Part shown: piece by piece, positions 28,137-40,312 of the stretch
Numbering within the stretch: position 1 is the stretch's first letter
Layout: each line of letters starts with the position of its first letter
Source: Eledone cirrhosa
Taxonomy: Eukaryota
DNA: 64,000 nt
Assembly (NCBI GenBank): GCA_964016885.1
Contig: OZ024761.1
Location: 30,008,001-30,072,000 of the forward strand
Reading direction: 5' to 3'
The notes under the pieces: generated by a model
Seen by the model: only the letters and a program-made list of their open reading frames with translations
The model's database searches: none
What the model was told of the DNA's origin: nothing
Translations under genes and position numbers: made by a program

Positions 28137-29020
28137 GATGAATATATTTTTTATTAAAGTTCTATGTATACTCTATTACATGTTCCAGCCGACAGGCTGA
28201 GGCCACGCTGGGGCATTGCATCGCATGTATTTTTTTTTTTCTTAACATTAATATCACCACCAATTCTAAGTGTTTTGCTGTGCTGCAGTGTCAAGTGGGT
28301 TGCCTGCAATAAAGCTTTTAGAGTCTATATTTCCTTTATATGCTTCATAACTGGGATTAATAAGTAACACTAACATAGCATGATTCATGTGTGTGTTTAT
28401 GTATATTTTTATATATATATATATATATAGTAAAGTGGTTCTGTTGGTGTCAAGACAAAAAGTAACCAGCCCACATTTAAGTGATTGTGTTGGTATCATG
28501 ACAAAAAGCGACCAGCCCAGTGCCGTGCTCATGTAGGTGACACGACAAAAAGCACCCAGTACACTGTAAAAGTGGTCATGTAGATGTCAACAAAAAGCGC
28601 CCAGCCCACATTGTAAACGTGGTTGGTGTTAGGAAGGGCATCTGGCCATAGAAACCAAGCCCAAGTCAGTTCTTTATGAGCAAGACACTCAAGTGATCTG
28701 GATTGTTTCTCAACAGGACAACTTGTCTAAGCCATGGAAAAATGGATGTTAAATGGTGATATACACACATATCACCTACACAAAAGAAAAACAAAACCTT
28801 GAAACTTCTCAATTTTTCTTTTCCTTTTTTTTGTTTTATTGTTTAAAATCCTTCACCTTTCGCTCCATTTTATTGTAAAATCAACTCTTTTTCATTCAGT
28901 CTATATTCTCGGGGCTTTTTAATATAACTTTTTTTCAGTCTGTGTTTGTCCACCTCTGTCTCTATGTCTTCTCGTCCCAATCAATTTGATGTAGTATATG
29001 TTAGTGGGTCAGGCCAGGCC

Positions 29021-29203
29021 CTATTTCTTCCGAAGCCTATGCCTGTCCAGCCTTTCTTCCAAATCATCATCACTGTGATAGACTGTGGCTATTGACCCAC
29101 TCCGTGATGGCATTACAAAATCTTTGTCAGGTTTGATATCTACATTTTCATAACACAGAACGTTCAGGGTTTCCTCAAAGATCCTGGCTTCTGGATAGTC
29201 AAC
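29021..29203 (-). CDS. KCTD10: BTB/POZ CUL3 adaptor (KCTD10/KCTD13/TNFAIP1 family), exon 5 of 5
   Basis: cttcAG|VDYPEARIFEETLNVLCYE...HSDDDLEERLDRHRLRKK-stop. Confidence 0.92.
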   Translation of the reverse strand, partial: VDYPEARIFEETLNVLCYENVDIKPDKDFVMPSRSGSIATVYHSDDDLEERLDRHRLRKK

Positions 29204-29372
29204 CTGAAGGAGAGAAGTAGAGGGGGTGGTCAGTGTGGAAAGGGAAAAAACAAAGAAAAATATTAGAACAAATAGGGGTTACATTCAACCACCATCCCAC
29301 AGGCATCATCAACCTTTTTGTAAGGGCCCACTTTAGATTTATTTTCGTTATGTCCATGGTCCACAACATATA

Positions 29373-29558
29373 CAAAGGTCAGTTGAAAAGTTCATAGTCT
29401 GATTAAGATACTCTCATGGAATGACCAAATGAGGTTTATTTTTCAACCTGGAAAGAATCAATGCAGTTATTAATAAGAGTTGAAATTAATGCCTGCAAGA
29501 TTTCACTGCACTAGTATCACTTCTTTAGTGAGTCTATGAACTTTGCAACTGACCCTCA
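29373..29558. mobile_element. mariner-type MITE
   Basis: TA-caaaggtcagttgaaaagttcatag ... ctatgaactttgcaactgaccctca-TA. Confidence 0.75.
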
Positions 29559-29659
29559 TATTATTCCATATATCTTACATATGAAAAGGCCTGAGGTCCA
29601 CAAATGGTGCACTTTGTGTGAGAAAAGAGAGAAAAATTTATATATAAAGTCTCCATGCT

Positions 29660-29890
29660 TCGGTGTATGTGCAATAGTAATATACGCGAACTGCGAGAAA
29701 AATTATGCATAAGAGGGATCAGATGTATGGACATGTGATGTGTATGAAGGATGACAACTGTATAAAAAGATGCAGAACGCTCAAAGTTGACAGAAGCCAT
29801 GGAGTGGGCAGGCCTAGGAAGACTTAGGATGAAGTGATGAAAGCTGACTTTGCACAATTACACCTTTGTAAGGTGAGAGAGAGACTAAGA
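29660..29890 (+). mobile_element. RTE-type LINE 3' ORF remnant
   Basis: Degenerate YGHVMCMKDDNCIKRCRTLKVD...GRPRKT*DEVMKAD. Confidence 0.6.
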
Positions 29891-29912
29891 AGTTATAGTA
29901 GAATGTTGTTAC

Positions 29913-30111
29913 CTTGGTGTGTTTTTTGTCAGTGCCATAGACTATGGACGTACAACAGACTTCCCCAACTTTCTGGGAGCGACTGTAGAAATACCAGCAA
30001 CATATCTCAACTGTGCCAATGACATCCTTAATTAGCAACAAACGGTTGCTGAACTGGAGTGACAGTTTGTCAAATAGCTCAATGTTCTTTAGAAAATTGT
30101 CATCGGAATTA
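29913..30111 (-). CDS. KCTD10: KCTD10-family exon 4
   Basis: ttgcAG|[18 protein letters not shown]...[16 protein letters not shown]...[17 protein letters not shown]|GTAAC. Confidence 0.95.
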
Positions 30112-30232
30112 CTGCAAAAGAGAGAATATTTAAATATTTGTTTTACAAGTTTCTTAAGAAATCATGTTAAAACAGGTATGTTTTGCCAATGAAATCACAA
30201 AGTCATTATTTGACTTTTGGTTATTGATCATT

Positions 30233-30485
30233 TTGTCAAAGTTCTTTCATCACACATTATGTGACCTCCTTATTCTGTTTACTCTGACCTCCTTATTCTG
30301 TTTACTCTATCTTGTCTTTCTCAAAAAAAATAAGACCAGGAAGAAGAACAAATAGTCATTGATGAGGTCACAGTGTGTTACGAAAGAGCTTTGACAAAAT
30401 AACCAATAATAATAAAGCTGAAGTGAAAGTCAATTAGGGCATGTATGTTTTTATTGGCAAAATGACCATCCCCAAATATAACAAT
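30233..30485. mobile_element. inverted pair of Penelope pLTR fragments with family A hammerhead (30355-30395 +, core TTGATGA)
   Basis: gtca-TTGATGA-ggtcaca..tac-GAAA-gagc-TT-tgac, with an inverted partial copy at ~30233-30272; the tail matches 2065-2128. Confidence 0.6.
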
Positions 30486-30665
30486 AGACGATATTTAGAT
30501 ATATCCAGGTTTAAGGGGGATACAGACTCCTAGGCCTGACTGGGAGGTCTGTAGCCACGCTTCAGTACAGACTTGGTCTATGTAGACCAGTCCAACCCTT
30601 GTTAACGGAAAGCAGACGTTAAATAATGGAGAGAGAGACTGGCAATTATATATATATGGACTTAC

Positions 30666-30718
30666 TTTGTATATGAATACTTGTTATTGTGGCGATTACA
30701 GCTGAGCTTGATCACAGG
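30666..30718 (-). CDS. KCTD10: KCTD10-family exon 3 (53 nt)
   Basis: ccacAG|PVIKLSCNRHNNKYSYT|GTAAGT; missed by the ORF track; phases fit both neighbours. Confidence 0.92.
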
Positions 30719-31018
30719 CTGTGGATGATAATAATAATATTAATAAACCAAGACTATACATATGTACGCAACATTCACAGAATAGCACTAATGAGCACTG
30801 TACATATACCGAGTGCCTCAAGATTTACATATATATATACACAACATACAGACAATAGCACTAGTAGGTATTGCACATAGAGAAACTTCAGTAAAATAGA
30901 ATAATAAACCTTGACAGGACTTGAACTCAGAACATAAAGGGCTGTAACTATGTTACAAAGCTTGTCCGACGCTCAACTGATTATGCTAATCCACTGCCCT
31001 ATTATAATAATTATTTAC

Positions 31019-31275
31019 CTTGTGTGTATTGGCAAACAGGTTCTGTTCCTCTTCTGTTGAAGTGAGCAACGGGACCTGGCAACTTGGCTGCACCTCTCTC
31101 TTCTTCTTCAGAGCTGGTTCTATGATGTTAACGAGGTCCTGTACAATGTAGTAACGAGCTTCTGCCTCTAATTCCATTAACCCAACCTCTGTGTCTGGCA
31201 GTATTGTGTGGTTGTCCCGTAGGAAGTTCAAAATCGTGTCAAAATGTTTTCCACTGCGATCTATCAGGATCCAAC
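31019..31275 (-). CDS. KCTD10: KCTD10-family exon 2
   Basis: ttttcAG|GWILIDRSGKHFDTILNFLRD...EAEARYYIVQDLV...CQVPLLTSTEEEQNLFANTHK|GTAAAT. Confidence 0.95.
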
Positions 31276-31365
31276 CTGAAAAACAAAAATACAAAACCTC
31301 TTTAACTCTTTTGATACCAAACAACCTGAAACTGCTCCTGGTTTCATGGGACAAAGCTATTTTAA

Positions 31366-31560
31366 CCCTTTAGCATTTAAACTGTCAGAATTCTCTCACC
31401 TCTTTCTGTTTAAACTGGCCGTAACCGGCCACTAATACTTATGTTAAGATATTGTTCTCAACATAAATAATATCAAAATGTCAGATTCAATATTATGTGA
31501 GGTAAAGCCTTTACCATGAAAATACAACAGTATATATAGAGTAATGTAAATGCTAAAGAG
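31366..31560. mobile_element. piggyBac-type MITE, nested in an older TTAA-ended element (~31302-31758)
   Basis: TTAA-CCCTTTAGCATTTA ... TAAATGCTAAAGAG-TTAA; TIR nearly identical to that of the element at 57224. Confidence 0.8.
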
Positions 31561-31991
31561 TTAAAGTGTTTGTATTTATCTAAAACCCTTCCATTCTAAT
31601 TCAATGCAAGAACCTTTAAGTTATGTTACAAACACCAACTTAATAATGAGAAAGTTAGTTATATGACCAAATTCCTTCAAATTCTTGATTATTTAAAAAA
31701 TTACTTGAAAATCTTAGGCAGTATCTTTCATTAGAAATATGGTGATGGGAGGGTTAATGACACAGACAGTCTTTCATTAGAAATATGGTAATAAAATGAT
31801 TAACTGAAATGAATCCAGTTTGTTCCATTGTTAGTGTACATGAAAGAAGGAACAAAGTTGAGAGAATATAATAGTGTCAATATATATCAGTTACTATCAG
31901 CTAGTAGCTACTATATAAATATATATATCAGTTGATAGTTACTATACAATAGTCTATATATATATATATATCAGCTGGTAGTTACTATATA

Positions 31992-32270
31992 CAGTAGAAC
32001 CTTGGCTCACAAACTTAATATCTGAAGGCTATTTGTCACCTGAAATGTTTGTAAACCAAAACTATTTTCCCCATATGAAATGTTGAAAGAAAGACTGTGA
32101 GTGAAAGACAGATATATATCACCATAGTAGTAACTAACTACACAGCGAGTGATGCTTGTGGGCAACCATTGTTGCTGGCTTGCGCATTCATTACTCGAGA
32201 CACTGTTTGTCAACTGAGACGTTTTATGTTGGGAAAAATTGCTCATCGTTCATGAATTGAGGTTTCACTG
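31992..32270. mobile_element. pogo/Tigger-type MITE
   Basis: TA-cagtagaaccttg ... tgaggtttcactg-TA. Confidence 0.65.
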
Positions 32271-33734
32271 TATGTGTGTGTATATATATTTTGTCACATT
32301 GCCAGTCTGAAGAGCAGATTGATAATGGGGTTGGGTCCATAACTCCTATGGATGACCCTGAGCCAATCCTCTGCGAAATGCTCAACAGGTTGATACACAA
32401 TAAAAATCTAAATACATGTAAACTTCATCAGTTTTTGTAATATATATATATATATCAAGTTAGCATCAGCTGGTAGCTACTATACAGTAGTGTAAATCCT
32501 ACTTGTTCCACTGTTAGTGTACATGAAAGAGGAAAGCCAGAGTATAAAACTGACAATAAGAGGAATTCTAAGACAGCAAATTGGCGAAGTTGTTAGATTG
32601 CTAGAATGTTTTGAGGTATTTGTTTCAGCCTTCTGTGCTCTGAGTTCAAATCTCACTAAGGTTTGAATTTAGACAAGCACTGGGTAGCACAATAAAATGT
32701 ACCCAGTGCACTCTGTAAAGTGGTTGCCCATAGGAAGGACATTCTGTCATAGAAATGATGCTAAAATAGAATGCATGAGGGCATGAAAAACAGACATTAA
32801 ATGATGAAGAACTCTTTAAAATGAACAGTTTTATCACAGAACCAGAGATAGTTTCAAGCAGGTTGATATAAAACATGTTAAAACACAGAAAACCTCTCAT
32901 AAAATGCACTTCCTTATAGGAGGTCATCTTGGCTAAAGCTGGTCACGTGTGAGCCATAACTACACAGGTGACTCAAATGAACAGGTACAATATAGGAAGC
33001 CAGTTTGGTGAAAACTGGTCAGGTGTGAGCCATAACGACACAGGTGACTCAAGTGAACAGGTACAATGGTCTGACTGATTACAGGTGTGTAAGTGGTGGT
33101 GGTGAGACAAGCTTAGGTGTCAGCTGTGGGCTGTAAGGTATGCTAATAGATAGAGAGAGAGATTAATTGGGAGGGAGGGGGCAGTTAGAGTGAGTCACAA
33201 TTAAGTTTAGACTCTTGTTAGAGAGGGACAGGGCAAAGGTGAAAGAGATCAAGAAGGTAAGAAAGTGTGAATGAAAGAAAAAGAAACGAGGAGGGTAAGA
33301 GTGAGAATGATAGGTGGGGTGGGTGTGAAAGATAGTTGAGGGAGGGGTATGAGAGAAGGATAACGTTAAGTTGAGATGAACAATTACAAGTTCAAATCCT
33401 GCCATGAGCACTTGTTTTAGTGCCAGGTCACACCTGATCATGTTAAAATCTGTTCCAACCCCAGATACTCATCAGTCTGGTCCTAACCCTGGTTTCCTCA
33501 GTGTTAAGTGACAAAAAGTACAACACCCCAGTATTGGATGCCAGTCCATCACAGGGGTTAACCAAGAGCTATTGCTGGTACTCATTTTCAGCTAAGTGTA
33601 TTGGAGCAACATGAAATGAAGTGTTTTGTTCAAGAACACAACAGACCACTTGGTCCAGGAATCAAACCCATGACATTATGTTCCTCAGTTCAACACCCTA
33701 ACCATCATCTTTTCCGCTAATTCCTTCCATAATC

Positions 33735-34200
33735 ATACTCATCACTCCTCTCCCCCAGTCACTTTCATCGTTCCTCAACACATAACCCAGCCATCTCACT
33801 CCATTTCTCTTCACAACATTCACCATTTTTTATTCCTCTCACTCAGTCACTTTCATTCTTTCTCAACATATGATCCAGCCATCTCCATTTCTCTTCACAA
33901 CATTCATCACAGGCTCTATTCCTCTTACTTTGTTACTTTCATTCTTCCTCAACACATGACCCAGCTATCTCACTCCATTTCTCTTCACAATTATTACCGG
34001 TTCTATTCCCATCACTCCTCTCACCCAGTCACTTTTATCCTTCCTCAACACATGACCCAGCTATCTCACTCCATTTCTCTTCACTGGTTCTATTCCCAAC
34101 ACTCCTCTCACCCAGTCACTTTCATCCTTCCTCAACACATGACCCAGCCAACTCACTCCATTTCTCTTCACAACAATTATCACTGGTTCTATACCCATTC
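33735..34200 (-). repeat. tandem ~60-80-bp minisatellite derived from an RTE LINE ORF fragment
   Basis: Unit cccagtcactttcatccttcctcaacacatgacccagctatctcactccatttctcttcac; the minus strand reads like R.LGHVLRKDESDWV. Confidence 0.65.
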
Positions 34201-34282
34201 CCACCATCCACTGCAATTCATTCATAAGTGATTAAAGAAAGACGTCAACACCAACAACAACAGTAGCAATAACAATAGTTAC

Positions 34283-34451
34283 CATCAGAGTCTGTAAGAA
34301 CTTCCATTCTGCCAGAGAACATAGCCCGTAGCATCGTATCATGTTTGGTTAGTGTTTCTATTGTGGTCAGAAATAATTTACCTCCGACATTCAGCTTCAC
34401 GTATTTTGAGCTGTTTGTCTTTTGTATAACAGTCTTGTGTTCCCCCGACAT
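34283..34451 (-). CDS. KCTD10: KCTD10-family coding exon 1 (BTB N-terminus)
   Basis: [48 protein letters not shown]|GTAACT. Join 34451..34283,31275..31019,30718..30666,30111..29913,29203..29021 = 286 aa; probably co-orthologous to KCTD10/KCTD13/TNFAIP1. Confidence 0.95.
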
Positions 34452-35024
34452 GGATATACAGCGATGCCTGCTGGCTGACCAACTGGTTGTCCAACTTACT
34501 AGCTGCTTGTTTATCCAACTGACTGACTTTGTTTGTTTGTTTGTTTGACCAACTGGCTAGCTAGCTCTTTAGTTACATGTGTTACTTACTGGTAATGAAT
34601 ACTGTTAGTGATTGGTCGGAATACTGAGTAGAGTTGTAGGGTGTGGGATGGATGTTTGGCGGATAGAAAAAATATGGAAGGGACTGAAGAAATATCACAA
34701 AAATAAAAACCTAACAGTAACAATAACAACTTGTGTGAGTTTTAATGCTCACAGTATGAAGGATGGTTTTTGTGTTTTATACCGCAATATATAACAGAAA
34801 ACTATTTAATATACAAGAATATTAATTCTATTAACATCAGTGTATATGATAAAATTTAATTTAAATAATTAACTTATTTAAATTATTTTAAAAAAGGTTT
34901 AATTTATTCTTAAATAAGTAATATTAAAAATTTTTAAATGAAATTAATATCTGTTGTTTTGGGCACTGCCAGTGGATGGTAAAGGGGTGGAAAAGTAGGT
35001 TGTGGTGGAGAGGGAGACCAACAA

Positions 35025-35037
35025 GTTGCTAGGTAAC
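35025..35037. promoter_or_regulatory. RFX X-box-like motif
   Basis: GTTGCTAGGTAAC, near-palindromic X-box, ~575 bp upstream of the KCTD ATG. Confidence 0.55.
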
Positions 35038-35736
35038 AGTGGCCAGTTGTTTCAGTAATTTTAAGTTATATATATCCACAAAATATCTGGGGTAGAGATG
35101 GATGCCTGCTCAACTGAGTGCTACTTTCCAAAAGTGTTGCTGGGTTTTTAAAAAAAAGAGACTAATTTCAGTTGCGTGTGTGTGTCTCTCTGTTTGTATC
35201 AGGGTTCCTTGCTTGTTTTTCCCCCCCTTTTTCTGGTGCCGCTTACATCAGATGTCCAATACTCTGGAAGAGAAGGAGAAATAGGATTAGAAACTTTGCT
35301 GGGATAGGAAAATAGAGCTTTAGAGAAGGTGAGAAAGTGAAAGAAGGTGGAAGAGAGGGAAAGAGAACTTCACAGAGGTGGGGAGAGTGAAAAAGCGCTT
35401 CAGAGGGGGTGAGAGAGAGTTCCAGATAGAATGTGGGAGTGAAAGAGCAGTTTAAAGAGGGTAAGTTCCAACAACAGCTGATGGCTAACCTTGCAATGTG
35501 GAATACTCAGCCATTTTTACATTTGTAATGGCGTCATGTCAAGTGGAGAGTCTTGTACTCTCTCAAGTGCTCATCATGAAACCGGTCTGATGAGCTTTCA
35601 GGCTTGGGACATACTTTAACTTTTTAACCTAGTCACATTCACAAACCTGCCAACCTCTAAAAACCCAAATGGGGAGTATAATGAAAAAAAGTGCCCCCAA
35701 ACGGGGAGAAATGAGGCAAAATGGGAAGATTTTACA

Positions 35737-35925
35737 TAATTGTTTCTACTTTAGGCACAAGGCCAGCAATTACCCAGTACATTACTGGTACTTTATTTTA
35801 TCGACCCCGTAAGGATGAAAGGCAAAGTTAACCTCGGCGGGATTTGAACTCAGACTGTAAAGGGACGTAAGGGACGTAACTATGCTAGAAAACATGGCGT
35901 CCAACCCTCTACCGACACTGCCAAT
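35737..35925 (-). mobile_element. main-family SINE, inside a possible TIR element (~35642-36024)
   Basis: The SINE body is clear; the flanking imperfect inverted ends caaacctgccaacctct / agagttgacgggtctg are weaker evidence. Confidence 0.7.
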
Positions 35926-37334
35926 AATGAAAGCTATACCCATTTTCACAAGAGAAGACATCTCTCACCCATCTCAAAGTGGGTGGGAGATCTCCCCGTC
36001 GGACAGTGAGAGTTGACGGGTCTGCACTCAGTGTTAACAAAGTAGCAGTGTGAAATACTCCAACGTTTGTCAAACTTTTTCATTTATTGTGACCAACATC
36101 AAGAGTTGCATTTTGTATTGCGATTATTTGTTGTAAAATGTTGCTTACTTTTCCCACTTCCGCTGGCACTACTTCCGGTTGTTGTTTTAACCCTAGGTCA
36201 ACAGTGAATGAGTAAGTTAACCCTACGGTCAAAACACATTCCAAGACCAATGCCCCTCTCCCACCCAGCCTATCTTTATGGGGATGAATATATCTTAGAA
36301 TAAAGTGTCGAAAGTGTTCTGTCTTGTAGTTGTTGTTTAGACCTAACTCAGCTCTGATCGAGCTGATACACACACACACACACATATATATGGTCAAAGA
36401 CGTTCCAGCCATGATCGTCCCGTCTTAGTATCTAGGACTAAATTGTTTAATTTGATTGATAGATAGAGACGTAGTAGTACTTTTATTTTCGTAAACATAC
36501 ACACACACAAATACATGTAGATACACCTATAAACAGACACACGTATAAACATACATATACGTAGACACAGACATACATGTAGACACAATCACTACAATCA
36601 TCATCGTCACAACGAGTGAAGAAGAAGCGGAAATCGTTATTACTCATACTAAGTGGTGTTGATTGTCACAATCGAAGGAGTGTAATAATGAAATATAAAC
36701 AAATACATACATATACATTATATATATATATGTGTGTGTGTGTGAAGGGAAGGTACTATGTATGTTATATAAAATGTGTTTACAGCGTGTTTAACAATCA
36801 TTACGCATGATTCACATATCTCATATATATGATAAAACAATATATGTGATTGTTTGTATATTGCTTTACTGTTTTATAATAAATATATTTGCTTAATATT
36901 GACATACTCTAAACAAGAGAAAACTCCAAAATCACCATTAAACAGAGGGTGTATAACCACACACACATAAGAGAAAACCATGAAGTTTCGTTTACATGTA
37001 TTTATGCTTTTATTGAGTATATATAAATATATATATATATATAATCGGTATAATTATAGAACACCAAACTCGATTTAAGTGGGGAACAATTTTTTTCATG
37101 CTTTTTTTTTTCGTGTTTTAATCTAACCCCCACAAATGCTGGCAATCAAATTTCCCCCAATCAAGTAGGGTGGGTCCCCGCTCGGATGATATATACAATA
37201 TTCATCTATTAGTGGAAATAGGTGTAAACATTGTCAAATAGAAATCACTCAATACAGGACGTCTCTGAAGCGAAAGTGACATTCAGTTTATACTAAAAAA
37301 AAATCCTCTTACATACACACACATATTTTACCTG

Positions 37335-37368
<34 letters not shown>

Positions 37369-37969
37369 AATGTGTGTGTAGATATATATATATATATATA
37401 TACCAATGTGTGTGTAGATATATATACTTACAGAGGAAACGGTTATTTAGAAAGGCATGATAATAGAATAGAGGTTTAATATTTCGTTTGTCATAAACCT
37501 TGTTAGTTAATGTTTATCATTATTTGATGATAATAATCAAGTTTTTCTTTAATTCGCCACAGTAGACTATATATATATACATAAACTTTATCAAACAACA
37601 CAACAATAACGGATGTTATATATATATCTGCATAAATGTGTGTGTATGTATGTATATATATATTTATATGTATATATAAATAAATATAATGATATCGATG
37701 ATGTCCTGAAATAAACAAATGTTTTGACATTTAAATTACAATATATATATAGAGAGAGAGAGATAGATGGAAAGATAGAAATCTTACTTTTTGTTTGTTA
37801 TTGTTTTCGTTTTTTAAAAAAGAAGGAGATCTAATTAAAAAAAAATAAAGAAATCTTCTGAAATAATATAGTATAATATATCATACGAATGGAAAAAAAA
37901 TCCGGCACCAAAACACTCTGAAGAAGCAGGAAAACTTTACACAAGACTGCGAGATGCTTTTAAAGAGAG

Positions 37970-38135
37970 AGGAGCGCCATTAGCCGATGACGTCACCGCT
38001 GACGTTTTGATAAAAACAACTGTGACGTCAGCATCTTGGGATGAGAGGGGAGGGGAGAAGGAGAAGATGATGACGACGGGGGAGAGGAAGTAAGAAAGAA
38101 CCCGGTCTCATACCGGAAATCGGGGTATGAAACCG
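37970..38135. promoter_or_regulatory. promoter/enhancer with two perfect CRE palindromes
   Basis: TGACGTCA at 37988-37995 and 38023-38030, half-site TGACG at 38000, ETS-like ACCGGAAAT at ~38112; locally CpG-rich. Confidence 0.6.
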
Positions 38136-38279
38136 GCTTGTGCTGGACAGACGGTTGAATGCCTGAAATGTACGAATATACACCACCACCACATCGTTAT
38201 AAAAAAAAAAGAAAAAACTTCAAAGAGATAAAGAAGGAGGCTAGATGGTCACGGCTGGAGTGCTGTTGATCAAACATCT

Positions 38280-38612
38280 GGTCAGCTTTAGAAGGTTAGT
38301 TGGTCAGAATTGGATCGTTGAAGACCGTACATCTTGTCAGCTTGGTATTGGCTTGGCTGACCTAGGGCTAAACAACATAAGACGACAGGATGGTCACAAC
38401 TGGAACGCTGAAGACCATACATCTGGTCAGCTTGTTATTGGCTTGGCTGACCTGGGGATAAACATTATAAGAAGGCTGGATGATCACAACTGGAACTCCA
38501 AGGGTCATATGTCTGGTGGCTTGGCTGATCTGGTGGTAAGCAACATAAGAAGGTTGGGTGGTCGCAACTGGAATGTCGAAGATCATACCTCTGGTCAGCT
38601 TGTTCTAGGCTT
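38280..38612 (+). repeat. 90-bp tandem repeat within a 130-codon open frame (38245-38637)
   Basis: Unit starts at 38335, 38425, 38515 and 38593 (spacing 90, 90, 78); peptide unit GQLVIGLADLGINIIRRLDDHNWN.EDHTS. Confidence 0.8.
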
Positions 38613-38659
38613 AGGGAATAAACTCCAAATCATCTAAGTAAATTACAGCCTGTGATAGC

Positions 38660-39205
38660 TTAGTGTCCTACCCAGGGGGCAAGTTTATCACGTATCACAG
38701 TATATCTGCGACAGGGCACTCTGGTCTACATTGACTCAGTTCGCTGGGCTGTTTTAGGAGACACCGGGTACTCATTGATACTGGCAAGAAGACCAGTGTC
38801 TTATCCAGGAGACAGGTTTATCTCTCATCACAGTAACTCTGTGACATTGCCTCAGTTCACTGGGATGTTAGAAGGACCACACCATATCCTAATTATTGCT
38901 GCTGACAAGAAGACAAGTGTCTCATCCAGGGGACAGGTTGATCTCTCATCCCAGTACCTCTCTGAGATTGTCACAGTTCACTAGGCTGTTAGAAGGACCA
39001 CGCCATATCATCATTATTGCTCCTGACAAGTAAGACCAGTGTCTCATCAAGGGGGCAGGTTTATCTCTCATCATAGTACCTCTGTGAGATTGTGTCACAG
39101 TTCACTAGGCCGTTAGGAGGACCACACCGGATCCTCATTATTGCTACTGGAAAGAAGACCAGGGTTTTATTCAGGAATAAATTTATCTCTCAACATAGTA
39201 CCCCT
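38660..39205 (+). repeat. ~120-bp tandem repeat, 4-5 diverged units
   Basis: Recurring aagaagaccagtgtctcatccagggg.caggtttatctctcatca.agtacctctgtgagattgtcacagttcactaggctgttagaaggaccac. Confidence 0.85.
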
Positions 39206-39534
39206 AGTTTGGAACACTATACTCTACCCCCCCCCCCCCCCCCCCCTATGTTCACTCAGAAGCAATTGGTAGCATCTAAGTAGAGAGAACTAGAGAGAGA
39301 GGCAGACAGTAGTAAAATGAGAGAAAGGGAGAGACAGAAATATAATAATGTAATAGAAAGGGAGAGAGGGACAGAGACATAGAGAAGTATTGTTGGAGAA
39401 AGAGAGGCAGAAGTACAAGGAGAAGGAGAAAGTGGTAGTGGTGGTGGGGAAACGTTGAATATTTAAAAAAAAGTGACTAATGAAAACGGTTTATTTGAGT
39501 AAGAGAGGGAGGAGGGTGAGATGTTGGTATAGTT

Positions 39535-39676
39535 GCATACGTCATCATAAGCCCCGCCCACCCAGTCTCCAGTGCTACTCCCTTTCTATTTAACATCTCA
39601 TACCGTTACTCATCTTTACTTCTCCCTACCACCCTGATAGGTTAGTGCGCAGTCGCAATCAAGGTTCCATACCAAC
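39535..39676 (+). promoter_or_regulatory. proximal promoter/5'UTR of the FET-family gene
   Basis: CRE-like tacgtca (~39538), GC box gccccgccca (39551-39560), YY1-like caacATGGC over the start codon. Confidence 0.55.
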
Positions 39677-39689
39677 ATGGCTGACCCAC
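39677..39689 (+). CDS. FET-family RNA-binding protein (FUS/EWSR1/TAF15/cabeza-like), coding exon 1 (13 nt)
   Basis: aacATGGCTGACCCAC|GTAAGT: good Kozak context, perfect donor, phase 1 fits the next exon. Join 39677..39689,43802..43838,44467..44542,45200..45341,47257..47355,55563..55883,56699..56807 is open; the gene continues past the window. Confidence 0.75.
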
Positions 39690-40221
39690 GTAAGTAGACT
39701 CATTCTTGTTTTTCTGCGACCCAAAATTTTTTTCGCCTTAAATTTTCGCGATTATTCTTAACGCAAACATTGTTCAAATTTCCGTAGTAAGATACTACGA
39801 TCTCTGATCTATATTTTCTACATATTTTTTGTACCGTTCTCCACTTGTAATGCCGTTTAAAATATTTATAAATATTCACCCCTCTTCTTCCGGCTTGGTT
39901 ATATTTTCTGGTTTACAACCACAAAGAAGGAAGAAGTGTGAGCTAAAATGGCTGACATACTTTCTTTTTCTACACATTTTTTCATATATTTCGTCCATTG
40001 TTTTGTTTTTTTGTTACTTTTTGTATTTTTCTCATCAGCATTAAAAACATGTAATGTAATCTAGTTATTAGTTAGTAGATTCATGGATGGCTTTTCATTT
40101 AATATATGTAGACATATTTGGTGTTAGAAGACGGTAGCGTTAATTTTATATATATATATATATATACACAGATTTAATAAATGTGTGTGTGTATATATAT
40201 TCACATTTATCATTTATGAAA

Positions 40222-40263
<42 letters not shown>

Positions 40264-40281
40264 CATTTATCATTTATGAAA

Positions 40282-40312
<31 letters not shown>

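Noticed and set aside
32940-33110. Duplicated ~50-bp unit with several CAGGTG E-boxes
   Set aside because: A simple local duplication explains the motif density; no other support for a regulatory role.
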